From NCBI GenBank assembly GCA_964016885.1, contig OZ024751.1, positions 52,514,001-52,578,000 on the forward strand: a DNA stretch of 64,000 nt. The letters are read 5' to 3'. The translations under genes and the position numbers were made by a program. The stretch comes from Eledone cirrhosa. Taxonomy: Eukaryota. The notes below the pieces were generated by a model, which made no database searches, was not told the origin of the DNA, and saw only the letters and a list, made by a program, of their open reading frames with translations. Positions 1 through 13,582 of this stretch are shown here, piece after piece (the first letter of the stretch is position 1; each line of letters opens with the position of its first letter).

Positions 1-917
<917 letters not shown>

Positions 918-1022
918 ATGCTAGGGAAAGGATCAGGGGTGTATAACACTCCACTTATCCAGCAGGCAGTATGAGGTTATTATATATATATATATACATA
1001 TACATAGGCAGTATGAGGTTAT

Positions 1023-1137
<115 letters not shown>

Positions 1138-1160
1138 GTATATATATATATGTATATATG

Positions 1161-1245
<85 letters not shown>

Positions 1246-1276
1246 GTATATATATACATGTATATCTATATATATG

Positions 1277-1369
<93 letters not shown>

Positions 1370-1520
1370 GTATATCTATATATATGTATATATATGTAGG
1401 AGGTGAGTTTTATTGTAGTACAATAAAGCAATGCAGATATCGGATAAGAAGCACTCTACAGTTTGTAGGACTGGAGTATGCATAATATAAGATCAAAAGA
1501 TGGTTAAAGGAGTTCCATGT

Positions 1521-1589
1521 ATTTTATTATGCGCATTTCAAAAACAAACATCATCATGCAATAATATTTGTGTTTTCATCAGATAAAAC
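1521..1589 (-). ncRNA. Type I hammerhead ribozyme motif
   Basis: Minus strand: GTTTTAT-CTGATGA-AAACACAAATATTAT tgc ATGATGTTTGTTTTT-GAAA-TGCGCA-TA-ATAAAAT. Stem I and long stem II pair; stem III is a 6-nt palindrome. Confidence 0.8.
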
Positions 1590-1653
1590 AGGAGAACATG
1601 ATATGAAGGCTAAAAAACACTTGTGGATAGTGCAGTTTTAAATCAACATACCC

Positions 1654-1704
1654 AGATTCCTGATGATTTCTAATGAATGAAACAGTTCTAGTCCTGTAGA
1701 ATCT
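1654..1704 (+). ncRNA. Type I hammerhead ribozyme motif
   Basis: AGATTC-CTGATGA-tTTC taat GAAt-GAAA-CAG ttctagtc CTG-TA-GAATCT. Perfect 6-bp stem I, short stem II, GUA cleavage triplet. Confidence 0.8.
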
Positions 1705-1924
1705 CATCTATATTAAAACTGTTATACTCTGCTATGTATTGAGTACCTTACTTACTGTGGTTACCTCCGATTCAACCCGGAATAACGTACACATATATAT
1801 ATATATTATATACATACACATATATATATTATATATACATACACATATATTATATATACATACACACATATATATATATATATATTATATACATACACAC
1901 ATATATATTCTATATACATACACG

Positions 1925-1995
<71 letters not shown>

Positions 1996-2125
1996 TTAAT
2001 TCCACAACAATTACCAAACCATACTTAAGAACACGCGTTTCACCGAGACGCGTGTTCTTATGTATGGTTTGGTAATTGTTGTGGAATTAATCCTTTAACC
2101 AACTCGTCCTTTGGACTGAGTACTA
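1996..2125 (+). mobile_element. Short fold-back element, probable PLE terminal fragment
   Basis: About 46-bp inverted arms (1996-2041, 2045-2090) centred on a GAAACGCG-like hammerhead half, followed by TGAGTAC and TA repeats. Confidence 0.55.
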
Positions 2126-2578
2126 TATATATACATATATATAGTATAGTGAAAATTCAGAAGGTTATATCCGACTTTGGGTATAACCTGATTTTTCACT
2201 ATACTATATATATATGTGTGCGTCGTGGTGGTAGTGGTAGTAGTTTAATTACGTCGATGACGAAGATGATGCTGGTTGTTGTAGTAGTAGTTGTGGCGGT
2301 GATGATGATGATGGTGGTAGTAATAGTAGTAGTGGTAGTGATGATAATGATGATGATGATGCCACAGACCGACATAAATGTATTTTTTCTCTTCTTCCGA
2401 CACATAAAAAACTCACCAGACGAAAAAAGTCTGTTTGCTGCCATCATTTCTAAATTCCATTCCTATTTAATTGGAAAAGTGGTCTCTTTAGTTGCTGAAG
2501 CATGTGTTTTGGGCTAAAGAAGTAATTATTTGTTAATTAGCGATAGAATCATTATAATTAAGGGATATATAGGATATT

Positions 2579-2677
<99 letters not shown>

Positions 2678-2892
2678 AATGAAGAAACGGAGTTAAAGAC
2701 TCGCGTTAATTCCCTGTAATTTAATGAGCTGAAAGTATAAGTACCGGGCTCTTCATAATATAAAATATAGAAAGGAACACACAAAAAAGTATGTTTTGAA
2801 TTACAAAGGGTAGAAAACCACTAGAGTGAAAGGCATAAAATCTACGAATAATAATAATAGAATATATATCACTATAGCATCATTATTTTGGC

Positions 2893-3070
2893 TTGGCAGT
2901 ATCGGTAGAGGGTCGGACGCCATGCTTTGCAGCATAGTTACGTCCCTTTACGATCTGAGTTCAAATCCCGCCGAGGTTGACTTTGCCTTTCATCCTTACG
3001 GGGTCGATAAAATAAAGTACCAGTAATGCACTGGGTAATTGCTGGCCTTGTGCCTAAAAGTAGAAACAAT
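2893..3070 (+). mobile_element. tRNA-derived SINE (family 1)
   Basis: A-box-like TGGCAGTATCGG, B box GAGTTCAAATCC, body GACTTTGCCTTTCATCC...GGGGTCGATAAAATAAAGTACCAG; near-identical to 16575-16753. Confidence 0.85.
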
Positions 3071-3510
3071 TATTTATTTCATTATATATAAACCATAGCA
3101 TGCCTTCTTCAGACAAAATACAATATTAGATGCATAAAATGTTATGTGACATACTCGTAGAAGAGACCGCACGCGATCAATTCAAAACAGGTATGTCTCT
3201 AACTCATTGGTTACACACGCACACATACGTATATATGTGTGTATACACACACACACTTAAATACGTAATCCCCAGATGCTATTGAACCTAAATCGAAAAT
3301 GTATTCCAGGGCGTTTTGTCTGTCCCTTTTCAGAAAAGCAATTGGCGCATGACTAACTAAAGAGATACAGCAACGTTCCTGTTCGGCTTATTTATTGAAC
3401 CAATGATGGCAGTTATCATCGGTCATAACTTCATTAACTGATAGCCTTAACACGGCTTTTCACCTGATTATCTTGGCTTTTGTTGGTTATTTACTGAACA
3501 TGTGTGTGTG

Positions 3511-3714
3511 TTGGCAGTATCGGTAGAGTCGGACACCATGCTTTGCCGTATAGAGTTACGGTCCTTTACGGTCTGAGTTCAAGTCCCACCGAAGTTAACT
3601 TTGTCCTTCATCCTTACTGGGTCGATAAAATAAAGTACCAGTAACGCACTGGGGTCGATTTAATCAACTCTCCCCTCCCCCAAAATTACTGGCCTTGTGC
3701 CTATACTAGAAATC

Positions 3715-3718
<4 letters not shown>
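3511..3718 (+). mobile_element. tRNA-derived SINE (family 1)
   Basis: Same head and body as the 2893 copy, with an extra GGGGTCGATTTAATC...CCCC segment. Confidence 0.8.
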
Positions 3719-3771
<53 letters not shown>

Positions 3772-3774
<3 letters not shown>

Positions 3775-3917
3775 GAGGCACATGGCTTAGTGGTTAGAGC
3801 ATTGGCATTGCAATCGAAAGGTTGTGAGTTCAATTCTCAGACCGGGTCATGTGTTGTTTCCTTGAGCAAGACACTTTATTTCACATTGCTCCAGTTTACT
3901 CAGCTGTAGAAATGAGA
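3772..3917 (+). mobile_element. tRNA-derived SINE (family 2, CORE-like domain)
   Basis: TGGCTTAGTGGTTAGAGC A box, GAGTTCAATTC B box, TCCTTGAGCAAGACACTTT central domain; relatives at about 10035-10125 (-), 12640 and 24290. Confidence 0.8.
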
Positions 3918-3949
3918 TGATAGGGACTGAGGTCCTTATCATTCCACTG

Positions 3950-4186
3950 TGGTGGTGGTGATGATGGTGATGGTGATGATGATGATGATGATGTATGTCT
4001 AGGTCGGGTAAAATTCCCGAAATCCATGGACGAGTTCTCTCCAGCGGTCTCTGTTCCTCATCATCGCTGCCATGTCCTGCGTCTCCAAGAGACCAGTGTC
4101 TACCCTTAGGGCATCAACATATGTCAACCTCGGTTTCCTTCTTCCAGTGTGTCCATGCAGGGTCTCCCACAGGAGCACTAAAATAG
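3950..4186 (-). mobile_element. RTE/RTEX-type LINE 3' remnant with (CAT)n tail
   Basis: Minus ORF LLWETLHGHTGRRKPRLTYVDALRVDTGL...RDRWRELV resembles RTE-group C-termini; followed by CAT/CAC repeats. Confidence 0.65.
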
Positions 4187-4528
4187 GGTTTGGAAAATGC
4201 ATTGGCTGACCTTTTGGTTATTTAGAAGGTTTCTGTATGAGGTATAATTCCGGGGTTTTCTTTTATATATATAAAAAAGTTTTTTATGTGTGTAAAAAAT
4301 TGAGACCACTGACTAGAAAACGAATGGCAGTTCACCGCCAACGAATCAGGGAAAAACACTTTTCGAAAGACTGTAGCGGAATTCTTTTGGAAAAAGGCTC
4401 TAAACACAGCTGAAACCGGTTAAAGTAAATAAATATAAATAAATAATCGTAAGACTACTTGGCACATTAATACAGAAGCCTTCTAAATAATCAAAAGATC
4501 AGTCAGTGCATTTTCCAAACCACATTTT
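4180..4528. repeat. Imperfect inverted repeat pair (about 58 bp) around a spacer
   Basis: GGTTTGGAAAATGCATTGGCTGACCTTTTGGTTATTTAGAAGG at about 4187-4230 is the reverse complement of about 4479-4521. Confidence 0.75.
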
Positions 4529-4942
4529 TGTTTTTCCCTATAACGTGATTTATACAGAAACTCCTAAAGTTTTTCACTACATACATAAATATATATACAC
4601 CTATGTATATTGTTATACTTTGGGATTGTCATGCTGCCAATAAAAACACACGAGACTGTTTGTTTTCACTTCAATTTATTATACATTTACGATTGGTTGG
4701 TTCAATAACCGGATGGCTGTTTTTCATATATTGTCAAAGCTCTCTCGTCACACATTCTGTTCCCTCCTCAGTGACTGATTTCTTATTTTGTCTCTCCCCT
4801 TTGTTCTATCCTACACCATCTTGTTTTTGTGTGTTGTGTGCTGTAATATATATATACAGTTATATATTTAAAAAGTTATCTAGACATCTCTATCGGGATT
4901 TTAGCTCAAGTTTAATATCTATCTATATCTATATCATTGATT

Positions 4943-4992
<50 letters not shown>

Positions 4993-6264
4993 TAAAAAAA
5001 TAATGAATAAAACAATGAAACAGTTCCTTATATTAAACAAAAAAAGTTCATTATTTAACGATCGTTTCTAGGATATATATGTGTTAGAATTGGCATGCAT
5101 ATTCAACAGATCTATGTACAAAATTATACAAACTATATATATATATATATATATAGTCTATCAAATAAAAAATGGCGTAGATATTACATTACAATACAAT
5201 GGGAGGAAACATAATAGTACCACTGATGATGTTGCAGATGTGCGACGAAAGAACTATATATATATTATATATATATATATTATTGCCGTCCTAACTATTT
5301 TACCATGTGATTGAAACACGTGGCTTCTTTACAAAACGTAGAAAACAAAACAGAAACAAGATACAAACGCAAATATAAAAGGTTGGGAAGTGGTGGTGGT
5401 GGTGGTGGTAGCGGAGGTCTGTATATGTGTGTATCTGTGTGTATGTGGTGGTGGTGACGGGGTATTTCAGACACGCGTGAACGTAGCAATTATCGTTTCG
5501 ATTTCATTCTTTTTTTTTGTTATTATTGTTGTTATTGTAGTTGTTTTGGTTATTGCTGTTGTACTTATTATATCTTAGTTCTCACCACCAATAGCACCAC
5601 CTCCACCATTACCACCATCTTCCATCACCATACCCGCCATCACTTCCACCACCATTACCACCCCCACCACCGTTACCACCATCACCTCCACCACCATTAC
5701 CACCACCACTATTACGACCATCACCACCACCGTTACCACCACCACCACCACCTCCGTTACCACCGTTACCACCATTACCATCACCACCATTACCATCATC
5801 ACCTCCACCACCACTACCACTACCACCTTTATCACTTCTATTTCCTCGTCTCTTTTCTCTTGTTATTTTTCCTGGCTTGTTGCTAACTTAACTAAAGACT
5901 GGTCGTGTAAATTTAATCTGTCTCTCCTTCTCCCCCCATGTCTCCTTATCTCTCTTTCTCTTGCCCCATGTCTCTTTATCTCTCTCTCTCTTGCCCCATG
6001 TCTCTTTATTTCTCTCTCTTTTGCCCCATATCTCTTTATATATATTTCTCTCATTCTCTGTCTATCTATGGCGGTTGATCTACCTGTCTCTCGACCCATC
6101 TCTCTCTCCCTATTTATCTATGTCTGTTGATTTATCTATCTATACATATTGAGTCTGTCTTTATCTTTGCCTCGCTCTCTATATATCTCTCTTCATCTCC
6201 TCCTCTTTCCCCTCTCTTCTCATTTACCTATCACTGTGTCTGTCTATCTATCTATTCTCTCCCC

Positions 6265-7253
6265 CTGGGCGCCTGGCACACTGAGTGTGCCCAGGCGCTC
6301 ACCGCCCTCTGGCAGGCGGATCCGGTTATCAGTGGAGACTCCACCGCAACATTCTATAGAGGGCTGGTACGCAGCAGGTGCGACGACGCCCTCGGAGAAG
6401 CCCTAGACATGGAGGACGACGAACTGGCCAGCCTGTTCGGTAGGACATTCAGCCCGGGACCTATGGACAACTTCCAGAAGTCCCTGACCTGGCAGTGCTA
6501 CCGAGGGGCTTTACCCGTTCGAGAAAGGCTCTACAGACACGGGCGCCCGGGTAGGGACCCCGCCAAAAAGATCTGTCCCAGATGCGTGTGCGACGAGGAA
6601 ACCGTTGCACACGCATTGGTACACTGCTCGGGCGTAGCCGATCTGTGGGGCTATGTCGAACAACTGCTGTCAAGGGTGGGACCGATCCGGTTGACCACCG
6701 AGTCTATTGTAATGATCAAGCCGCCTCCCCCCTTCAAAGATGAAGCAGAGGCGGTGTTTCTGTGCGTAATAGCCATGGCGAAAGAGGTTGTATGGTGGAC
6801 GCGTCTGAAAGGACTGAGGTCAAGCACCTTTCTCTCTGGCCAACAACTGGTCCGTTTCTTCCGTTATCATTTCGGAAGAAGGATCAGGATGGAGAGAGAG
6901 GTGCTGCACCCCAGCCGTTTCTATGAAAGATGGGTGAAAGTGGCGAGAATGGCCCGTGTGAATGGGCCTTCACTCTACATCAGACTATAGGTGAGGAAGA
7001 TGAAAGACCAAGGGAGCACCCCTTCTCTGTGCTCCTGAGGAGAAGGGTTGCACACTTTTTTCGGGGGTGTGTGTGACCCCCCAAGGCGCCTCCTCTCTAT
7101 TGAGGATTTTGTTATAAATTTTATTTTTGTTATATCTTATTTTATTTTTATATTTTGTTATTGCCTCCTCCTTATTGAGGACGCTTTTTTGTGTAAACTC
7201 CCCCCTTTGTACTTGTCCCACTTTTGATGCCCTAGTGGCAAATAAAAGAAACA
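6265..7253 (+). mobile_element. 5'-truncated Tx1/L1-like LINE (ORF2 C-terminal zinc-binding region plus 3' UTR)
   Basis: W...GALPVRERL...CPRC...EETVAHALVHC (zf-RVT-like), stop at 6990, AATAAAAGAAAC end, 16-bp target site duplication TATCTATTCTCTCCCC at 6249-6264 and 7254-7269. Confidence 0.9.
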
Positions 7254-7488
7254 TATCTATTCTCTCCCCTTCTTCCGCCCCCTCTCTCCCTCACGAGGGA
7301 GCTATTTAATCCATCGTTGAATGATGCGATCACAGCTGGTCTGGTCTGATCTGGGTCTGGTCCTCCATTGCTTATTAAAGTTTCATATCTACCACTCGAC
7401 TTACATTAACGATTAACAGATGTCGTTTCAAAAACCCTCACCTCCTCCATCTTCACCTCTCCTCCCTTCAATCCATCCGTTCCCCCGA

Positions 7489-7571
7489 CATACCCCACCC
7501 GTCCCCCCCGTCATACCCCACCCGTCCCCCCATCATACCCCACCCGTCCCCCCCATCATACCCCACCCGTC
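7489..7571. repeat. C-rich minisatellite, about 23-bp unit x 3.6
   Basis: CATACCCCACCCGTCCCCCC repeated four times. Confidence 0.9.
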
Positions 7572-7801
7572 TATCATTTCATTTAACTGATATCAATTTG
7601 ATTATCCACACACACATTTATTCACATACTCACACACACTCACATAGATTTACATACATATGCACACACGCACATACAGATGGACGTACAAACCTTTCAC
7701 TATAAACATAACAAATGCGAACTGAAAAAATATCCTGTGAACATGAATATCCCTCGTTCACCCTCCTTCTTTTTCACTACCTCCTTCTCCTTCATTCACA
7801 G

Positions 7802-7832
<31 letters not shown>

Positions 7833-8266
7833 GTGTGTGATTGGATGTTATATATATATATATATATACACACAGTCTACCTGATTAATGCACCTGGCGC
7901 TGACAAAGTACCCCTTTCTCTATAGATCTGTAAATCATGGTTATATTTGTTTTGCCCTGTAAACTCGACATACCCAGACAATGGGCAGGAGAACGGTGGA
8001 CGAGTTTGCTAGACACACTGAAGAAAGGAACGGTGTTTTATCTTTGGAGATGTTGAACTCGCATACGCACATACATATACACACACTCACACGTACGTGC
8101 GCGCAGAAAAGGACGTTAAATGATGATGGTGATGATATATCACGTGTGCATGTCTGTATATTATGTATACATGTGTGTGTGTGTGTGTATGTATATATAT
8201 TTATATTTACACACATATGTATACACACATACATATATATATACACACACATATGTATATATGTGA

Positions 8267-8385
8267 TGTATTCCGGGTTGAATCGGGGGTAACCACAGTA
8301 AATAAGGTACTCAATACATAGCAGAGTATAAATGTTTTAATATAGAAAAGCTTCTACAGTTGAAACAGTTCTAGTCCTGGAGAAG

Positions 8386-8392
<7 letters not shown>
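8267..8392 (-). mobile_element. PLE-type terminal fragment, same family as 1654-1790
   Basis: Reverse complement of TATTGAGTACCTTATTTACTGTGGTTACCCCCGATTCAACCCGGAATA, joined to an inverted GAAACAGTTCTAGTCCTG hammerhead half. Confidence 0.75.
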
Positions 8393-8480
<88 letters not shown>

Positions 8481-8482
<2 letters not shown>

Positions 8483-9064
8483 CACATGAGAAGAATACTT
8501 CGTGGTTTGCACATGGGTTACATATGATAAAAATAGTCCTTCGTCAGTGATTTTCCAACCATCATTGGTATTTCATCGCATTAAAAATCAGATACCTCAG
8601 GTTGGTGCGAGCAATAATCTAAAAAAAGTTATTGGGACCAGTAATCGCGTAAAGCGCGGGGGACAAGTGAACAACATAGAAGGATAAAAACAAACCAAAG
8701 AAAGGAAATAAACAATCAACATGGTAGTCCTGGTCAGCATAAGTTGGGTGGATTTCATGAGCAAAAAGTACAGACGTCCGACGTGAGTGAGATGTAAGCA
8801 AGAAGAGGCCCACTGTTAGCCAAACGGGAGGAAGTGAGAAGGGGAGAAACAGAGAGTGAGTGAGTGGAAGTGCGAGGAAGCGGTCAGTCGAGAGAAAGTG
8901 TAACTGACAGAGGGGGCGAAAGAAGGTGAGAGAAACAGAGAGAGCGGGGAAGTAGTAAGAGAGAAACAGACAAACGCAGCCGAGGTAAATATATATAAAA
9001 AACATGAAGAAAGAAGAATACTGCGTGGTTTGCACATGGGTTACATATGATAAAAATAGTCCTT
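8481..9064. mobile_element. About 580-bp non-coding element with 52-bp terminal direct repeats in (TA)n
   Basis: 8490-8541 is repeated at 9013-9064 with one mismatch; TA tracts on both sides. Confidence 0.6.
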
Positions 9065-9454
9065 ATATATATATATACTATATTATATCTAAAGGCCAGT
9101 TACTACAACGGCTCTATACTAAGTACGTACGTTTCGTTAGCCTTGAGCACCAACTTGTTCAACCCTTGAAAATAAATCGAAAAAAGATTTTCCGGTTCAT
9201 TTTCATCAGCACAGGTTGAACAGCTTAACTGGCCTTCATAATTATATTATATATATACTGTATCTTGTCTGTAGAAGACGAAAACTATGTAAAAGAAAAA
9301 CTCCATCAGTCATGGGCAATGCATTCTCCATCCTGTCGGCTGGGACCCTTCTACTACTAAAGTATATTTACATTTATACAACTGTGAATCTAATAAATGA
9401 TGTGACTCTATTTTTGCCCGTAAAATCTGTCCAGCGATTCCTTCCATTCTAATC

Positions 9455-9665
9455 ACAGATTTTACGGGCAAAACCAACCGGTAAGAGATCCAAGGGGTAG
9501 ACCCCGAATAAGATAGTTGGATAATATCAATGAGCTTGGCTAGTCACGCTTGGGGATCCAACCGGATCAGTTGGAGACGGTTGCTTCTGACACGACTCGC
9601 TGGAAGGAGTGTTCGAGGATTCTGCCCCTCACGATCCTCTCAAGAATAAGTAGGCAAAGAAGAAG
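9455..9665 (+). mobile_element. RTE-clade LINE 3' remnant
   Basis: Decayed PTGKRSK/GRPRIR*LDNINELG*SRLGIQPDQLETVASDTTRW, GAAGAAG tail; 19-bp inverted copy of its 5' end at 9412-9430. Confidence 0.65.
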
Positions 9666-10409
9666 GTCTCTACCCCCTCCCCCTCCCCCCAGCAAGTGGA
9701 CTGGAACAGCGTGGCATAATATAAATGCATTGCTTAAAGACAGGGGCCCCGTTTGCCTTAAGAATGTGAGAGGGACAAACCAACATTTGTTGATTCTTAA
9801 AGGAACATGTTAGTATTGCTTATGGTGCCTTTCCCGGACCCTATCACATAAGTAAAATTTTACACTAATTAAATTTTATATATTCAAATGAAGTTCAGAT
9901 CTAAAAAAATAAGCTTAAAAAGAATTTATTATATCAAATAAACAACAAATAAAATATAGAGGTTTGAAAAAGTGTGTGTGTGTGTGTGTGGGGGGGGGGG
10001 GTCCCCTGTACCCCCCCCCCCCCCCTGAAACAAGGCCCTTGCTCAAGGATAAAATACGCTGCTACAAATCGTAATCATGGTTTTACAATCGGGAGCCAAA
10101 CATCCTAACCACTAAGCCATGAGTCTTCACGATATGTTTCACATCCTCCACACACACACATGAAAAGAGAGAGAGTTGGTGGTGGAGTAGGAAATGTAAT
10201 GGGAATAGTAAGATTGTCTTTAGATAAATTCCACGAGTATTCCATTAAGTAGCAGAGAAGAGGTCTCAGTCTTTCTTGTTTATAAACCTTATCTTGTGTA
10301 GAGGGGAGTGACAAACTGACAGTTCAATGTTACTTGACATAAAGCAAATAAACTATATTGTAACTTAGTAGTAATGGTAGTGCGAGTGTTGTCATTATTA
10401 TTAGTAGGT

Positions 10410-10585
10410 GGGCGGTGGATTGGTAGAATCGGTAGGGCATCGGATAATATGCTTTGCAGTATAGAGTTATGGACATTTATGTTCTGAGTTCGAATCCCGC
10501 CGTGGTTAGCTTTGCCTTTCACTCTTAGTGTCGATAAAATAAAGCACCAGTAACGTACTGGGTCGATTTAATCGACCTCCCCCCT
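10410..10585 (+). mobile_element. tRNA-derived SINE (family 1)
   Basis: GGCGGTGGATTGGTAGAATCGG head, GAGTTCGAATCCCGCCG B box, family body. Confidence 0.8.
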
Positions 10586-11151
10586 GTTCTTTTCCACGAA
10601 GTGGGGACGAAAATGGGCCAGACAAAGGCTTAAACATAGGTAAATCAATATCCAAGCTTCTTCATAGTGCTAATGAATGGGGGAGGGGGGGGGGGGTGCA
10701 GGTGACTTTGAAGAAAACTCTCGTGTTTCATAGTCATGTTCACAGATGACAATATTTATATTTAAAAAATGGAGAAGTTATCTTAATATAAAGGTCTGGA
10801 GATAGAACTAACCCAAATGTAGATGATGATACTTATTTTATCAATCCCTTCTTTTGGCGAAGCGATATATATATATATTTATTCACAGAAACACACACAC
10901 TATGTAATATGGCGGTTGAAGCCTGATGAGGTTCGTCACTCCACGGCATTAATTGGAACAGTTTGATTGTTTGACTAAGAGGGCTGAGGTATGGCTTCGA
11001 AAGACATGTTTGAATTTAATATTTGGGTGAAGTGGTACGGTTTTGTAGGTAGGGCTCTTCGTGGGGTTGTGGTTTATTTTCCTGGTATGGGGGGGGGGGA
11101 ACGTCATCTGGCTGCAGCTGTCGTATTACTCAGTTTCTATATTTCTCTCTC

Positions 11152-11195
<44 letters not shown>

Positions 11196-11285
11196 AAAGA
11201 ATGACCGAAGTTCTTGCTAAAATCAAATCATTTATTATCCTACGCGCGTTTCGTTAACCAGACAATTGATCTCATTATATATATA

Positions 11286-11440
11286 GGGAAAAATTTAACC
11301 CCGTCGGCAGACCTCAAGACGTTTCGACGGCTATTTCTGGACCAGAAATAGCCGTCGAAACGGTTTGAGCTCTGCCGTCGGGGTTAAACTTTTTCCTATT
11401 ACCCACTCTAATACCCTAAGTATTGAGTACTCTGGTGCGT
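11286..11440 (+). mobile_element. Fold-back PLE terminal fragment
   Basis: About 54-bp inverted arms centred near 11341, containing GAAACG(TC); followed by TATTGAGTACTC; similar to the PLE end at 20014-20066. Confidence 0.65.
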
Positions 11441-11489
11441 TATGGTCCATCTGGTTCCTTGCCACACTTCTTTCGTTATATATATATAT

Positions 11490-11785
11490 TAAAGAGTTAA
11501 CCAAGATTCAATGAGTATATCAGAGAATGAGTTTTACAGTAGATTGGAAGCACTCTACGGTAAATAATTTTCCAGAGTTAAGATTGAAATACAAATATTA
11601 ATAAAATAGATGTTCTTTTGATCAATTACATTTTATTATACTTATATCTTAACCATTTAACATCTCAGGGTATGTCATGTATCATTATATTTTGTCTGAT
11701 GAGGATGTACTGTTGTACCTCCGAAATATGTATAATAAAATGTAATTGATCAAAAGAACATCTATTTTATTAATATTTGTATTTC
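11490..11785. mobile_element. Short hammerhead-bearing fold-back element (family B)
   Basis: 11589-11641 is inverted at about 11730-11782; homologous to 22657-23026. Confidence 0.75.
11689..11741 (+). ncRNA. Type I hammerhead ribozyme motif
   Basis: ATTTTGT-CTGATGA-GGATGTAC tgtt GTACCTCC-GAAA-TATGTA-TA-ATAAAAT. Confidence 0.85.
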
Positions 11786-12639
11786 AATATATATATATAT
11801 AGTGTGCGTGTATATGTATATATGTATACGCGAGTGTGTATGTATGTGTGTGTATATATATGTGTGTGTGTGTTTATAGATGTGTATTTATGTGCATATG
11901 TGTGTGAATGTAATAAGCACGCGTTCACACACACACACACAGTAGCTATATAAACCAATGAATCGTAGACTGTATGTTATATACTTAGCAACATTTCGTG
12001 TCTGTCTACCATCAGTCAGTCGAGACAAGAGCAGCCTAATTTTCAATGTCAAGTTTAAAGAAGTTCAAACAGATAGGCGTTAAATCATTGAGAAGAAGAA
12101 AAAAAGATGTCTGGGCTTGATTCTTACAATGGTTCAGTATTTGCTTTATCCATTGGCGGTGAACGTGACTGAGACGAGTTTCATAACAGCTGTTGTTATT
12201 GCTACTATTGTTGTTGTCATTGCTGCTGTTGTTTCTAGTATTGCTGTTGTTGTCGCTGCTATTGTTGCTGTTGTCGTCGCTGTTGTCGTTGCTATTGTTA
12301 CTGTTGTTGTTGTTGTTGTTTAGCCCCAGATCTCCCCCACCCTGATTGAACAGACCTAGTTATGACATTCTAGCTATGGCCATCCAGACTAGTACTCATA
12401 GATACATTACCTATCCAGTGTAGTAGAGGGCAACATATGCGGGAGATTTGGCTGTTGTTTCTAACAGTGTTGCTGTTGCTGAGCTCTCACTGAGCAGAAA
12501 CGATCAAATGAGCAGTATTTAAGTTGTATGATGTTATTGAAGCATTTCTGCGTTGTGTTCAAACCCCTATCGAGGTCAAATTTGCCTTCCATCTTTCAGG
12601 GTTCAATGAAATAAAATAACGTTTGGGTTATTGGTCTGA

Positions 12640-12880
12640 CCATAATAATGTCGTGAGTTTGATTCCTGGACCGGGTTGTGTTCTTGAGCAAAACACTTCA
12701 TTTCACGTCGCTCCAGTACACTCAGCTGAAAATGAATGCTAACAGTAACTGGGTATTAAGCGTGCGATGGACTGGCGCCTTGTGCAGTGGGGAGTCTTGT
12801 ACTTCCAGTCGCTTAATGCCGAAAAATCGGGATAAGCATCAGCCTGATGCGCCTCCGGGCCTAGGAGATAGATTTGAACT
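12640..12880 (+). mobile_element. tRNA-derived SINE (family 2), diverged
   Basis: GTGAGTTTGATTCCTGGACCGGG...TGTGTTCTTGAGCAAAACACTT...CTCAGCTG. Confidence 0.7.
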
Positions 12881-13377
12881 TTTTAAAAAAAACTAGGACG
12901 ATGGAGCGTCAGGCGGGATTCTTTGTGGTATTTCTTTGGGCACAATTCAAATCTAACAGTGGCCTCCTTGGGTGGTAGACTTAATCCACCGCCCATTTTA
13001 ACACCACTGCTTGTTCCATGGATATGTTTAGCGGAGACCACTCCGTTGAAAGCATTCTAGTCATTGAACCTCATTTTGAGGTTATCTTTCTTCCTTCCTC
13101 TTATAACTCCGCTCCCTTTTCTCTAACCAATTATATATAAACGCATACATATATATATGGGAATGAACGCATGTGTGTGCTTGCGTGCATATATGTATAT
13201 AATTGTACGTAATAATGTATGTATATATGTATGTATGTATGAACGAACGAACGTATGTATGTGTGCATATATGTATGTATATATTTGCATGTAATAATGA
13301 ATGTATGAATGAACGTATGTATGTATATGCATGTATTCAAAGAAAGGTGCTGGTAGCGGTTGTGGTGGTAAAAAGAG

Positions 13378-13582
13378 GTGATCACGCTGCTAATGCTGTT
13401 GTTAGAGTTGATGTTGATGTTGATAGTGATGGTGGTGGTGGTGGTGATGTTGATGGTGGTGGTGATGTTGATCGTGGTGGTGATGGTGGTGATGTTGATG
13501 GTGATGGTAGTGGTGATGTTGATGATGGTGGTGATGGTGGTGATGGTGATGTTGTTCGTGGTGGTGGTGATGGTGGTGATAG
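13378..13582. repeat. (GGT/GAT)n trinucleotide tract
   Basis: Degenerate trinucleotide repeat; similar tracts at 2225-2360, 5583-5830, 12190-12320 and 28450-28630. Confidence 0.9.

Noticed and set aside
5930-6030. ORF with repeated RHGAREREIK units
   Set aside because: A 30-bp CT-rich tandem repeat with no supporting gene structure.
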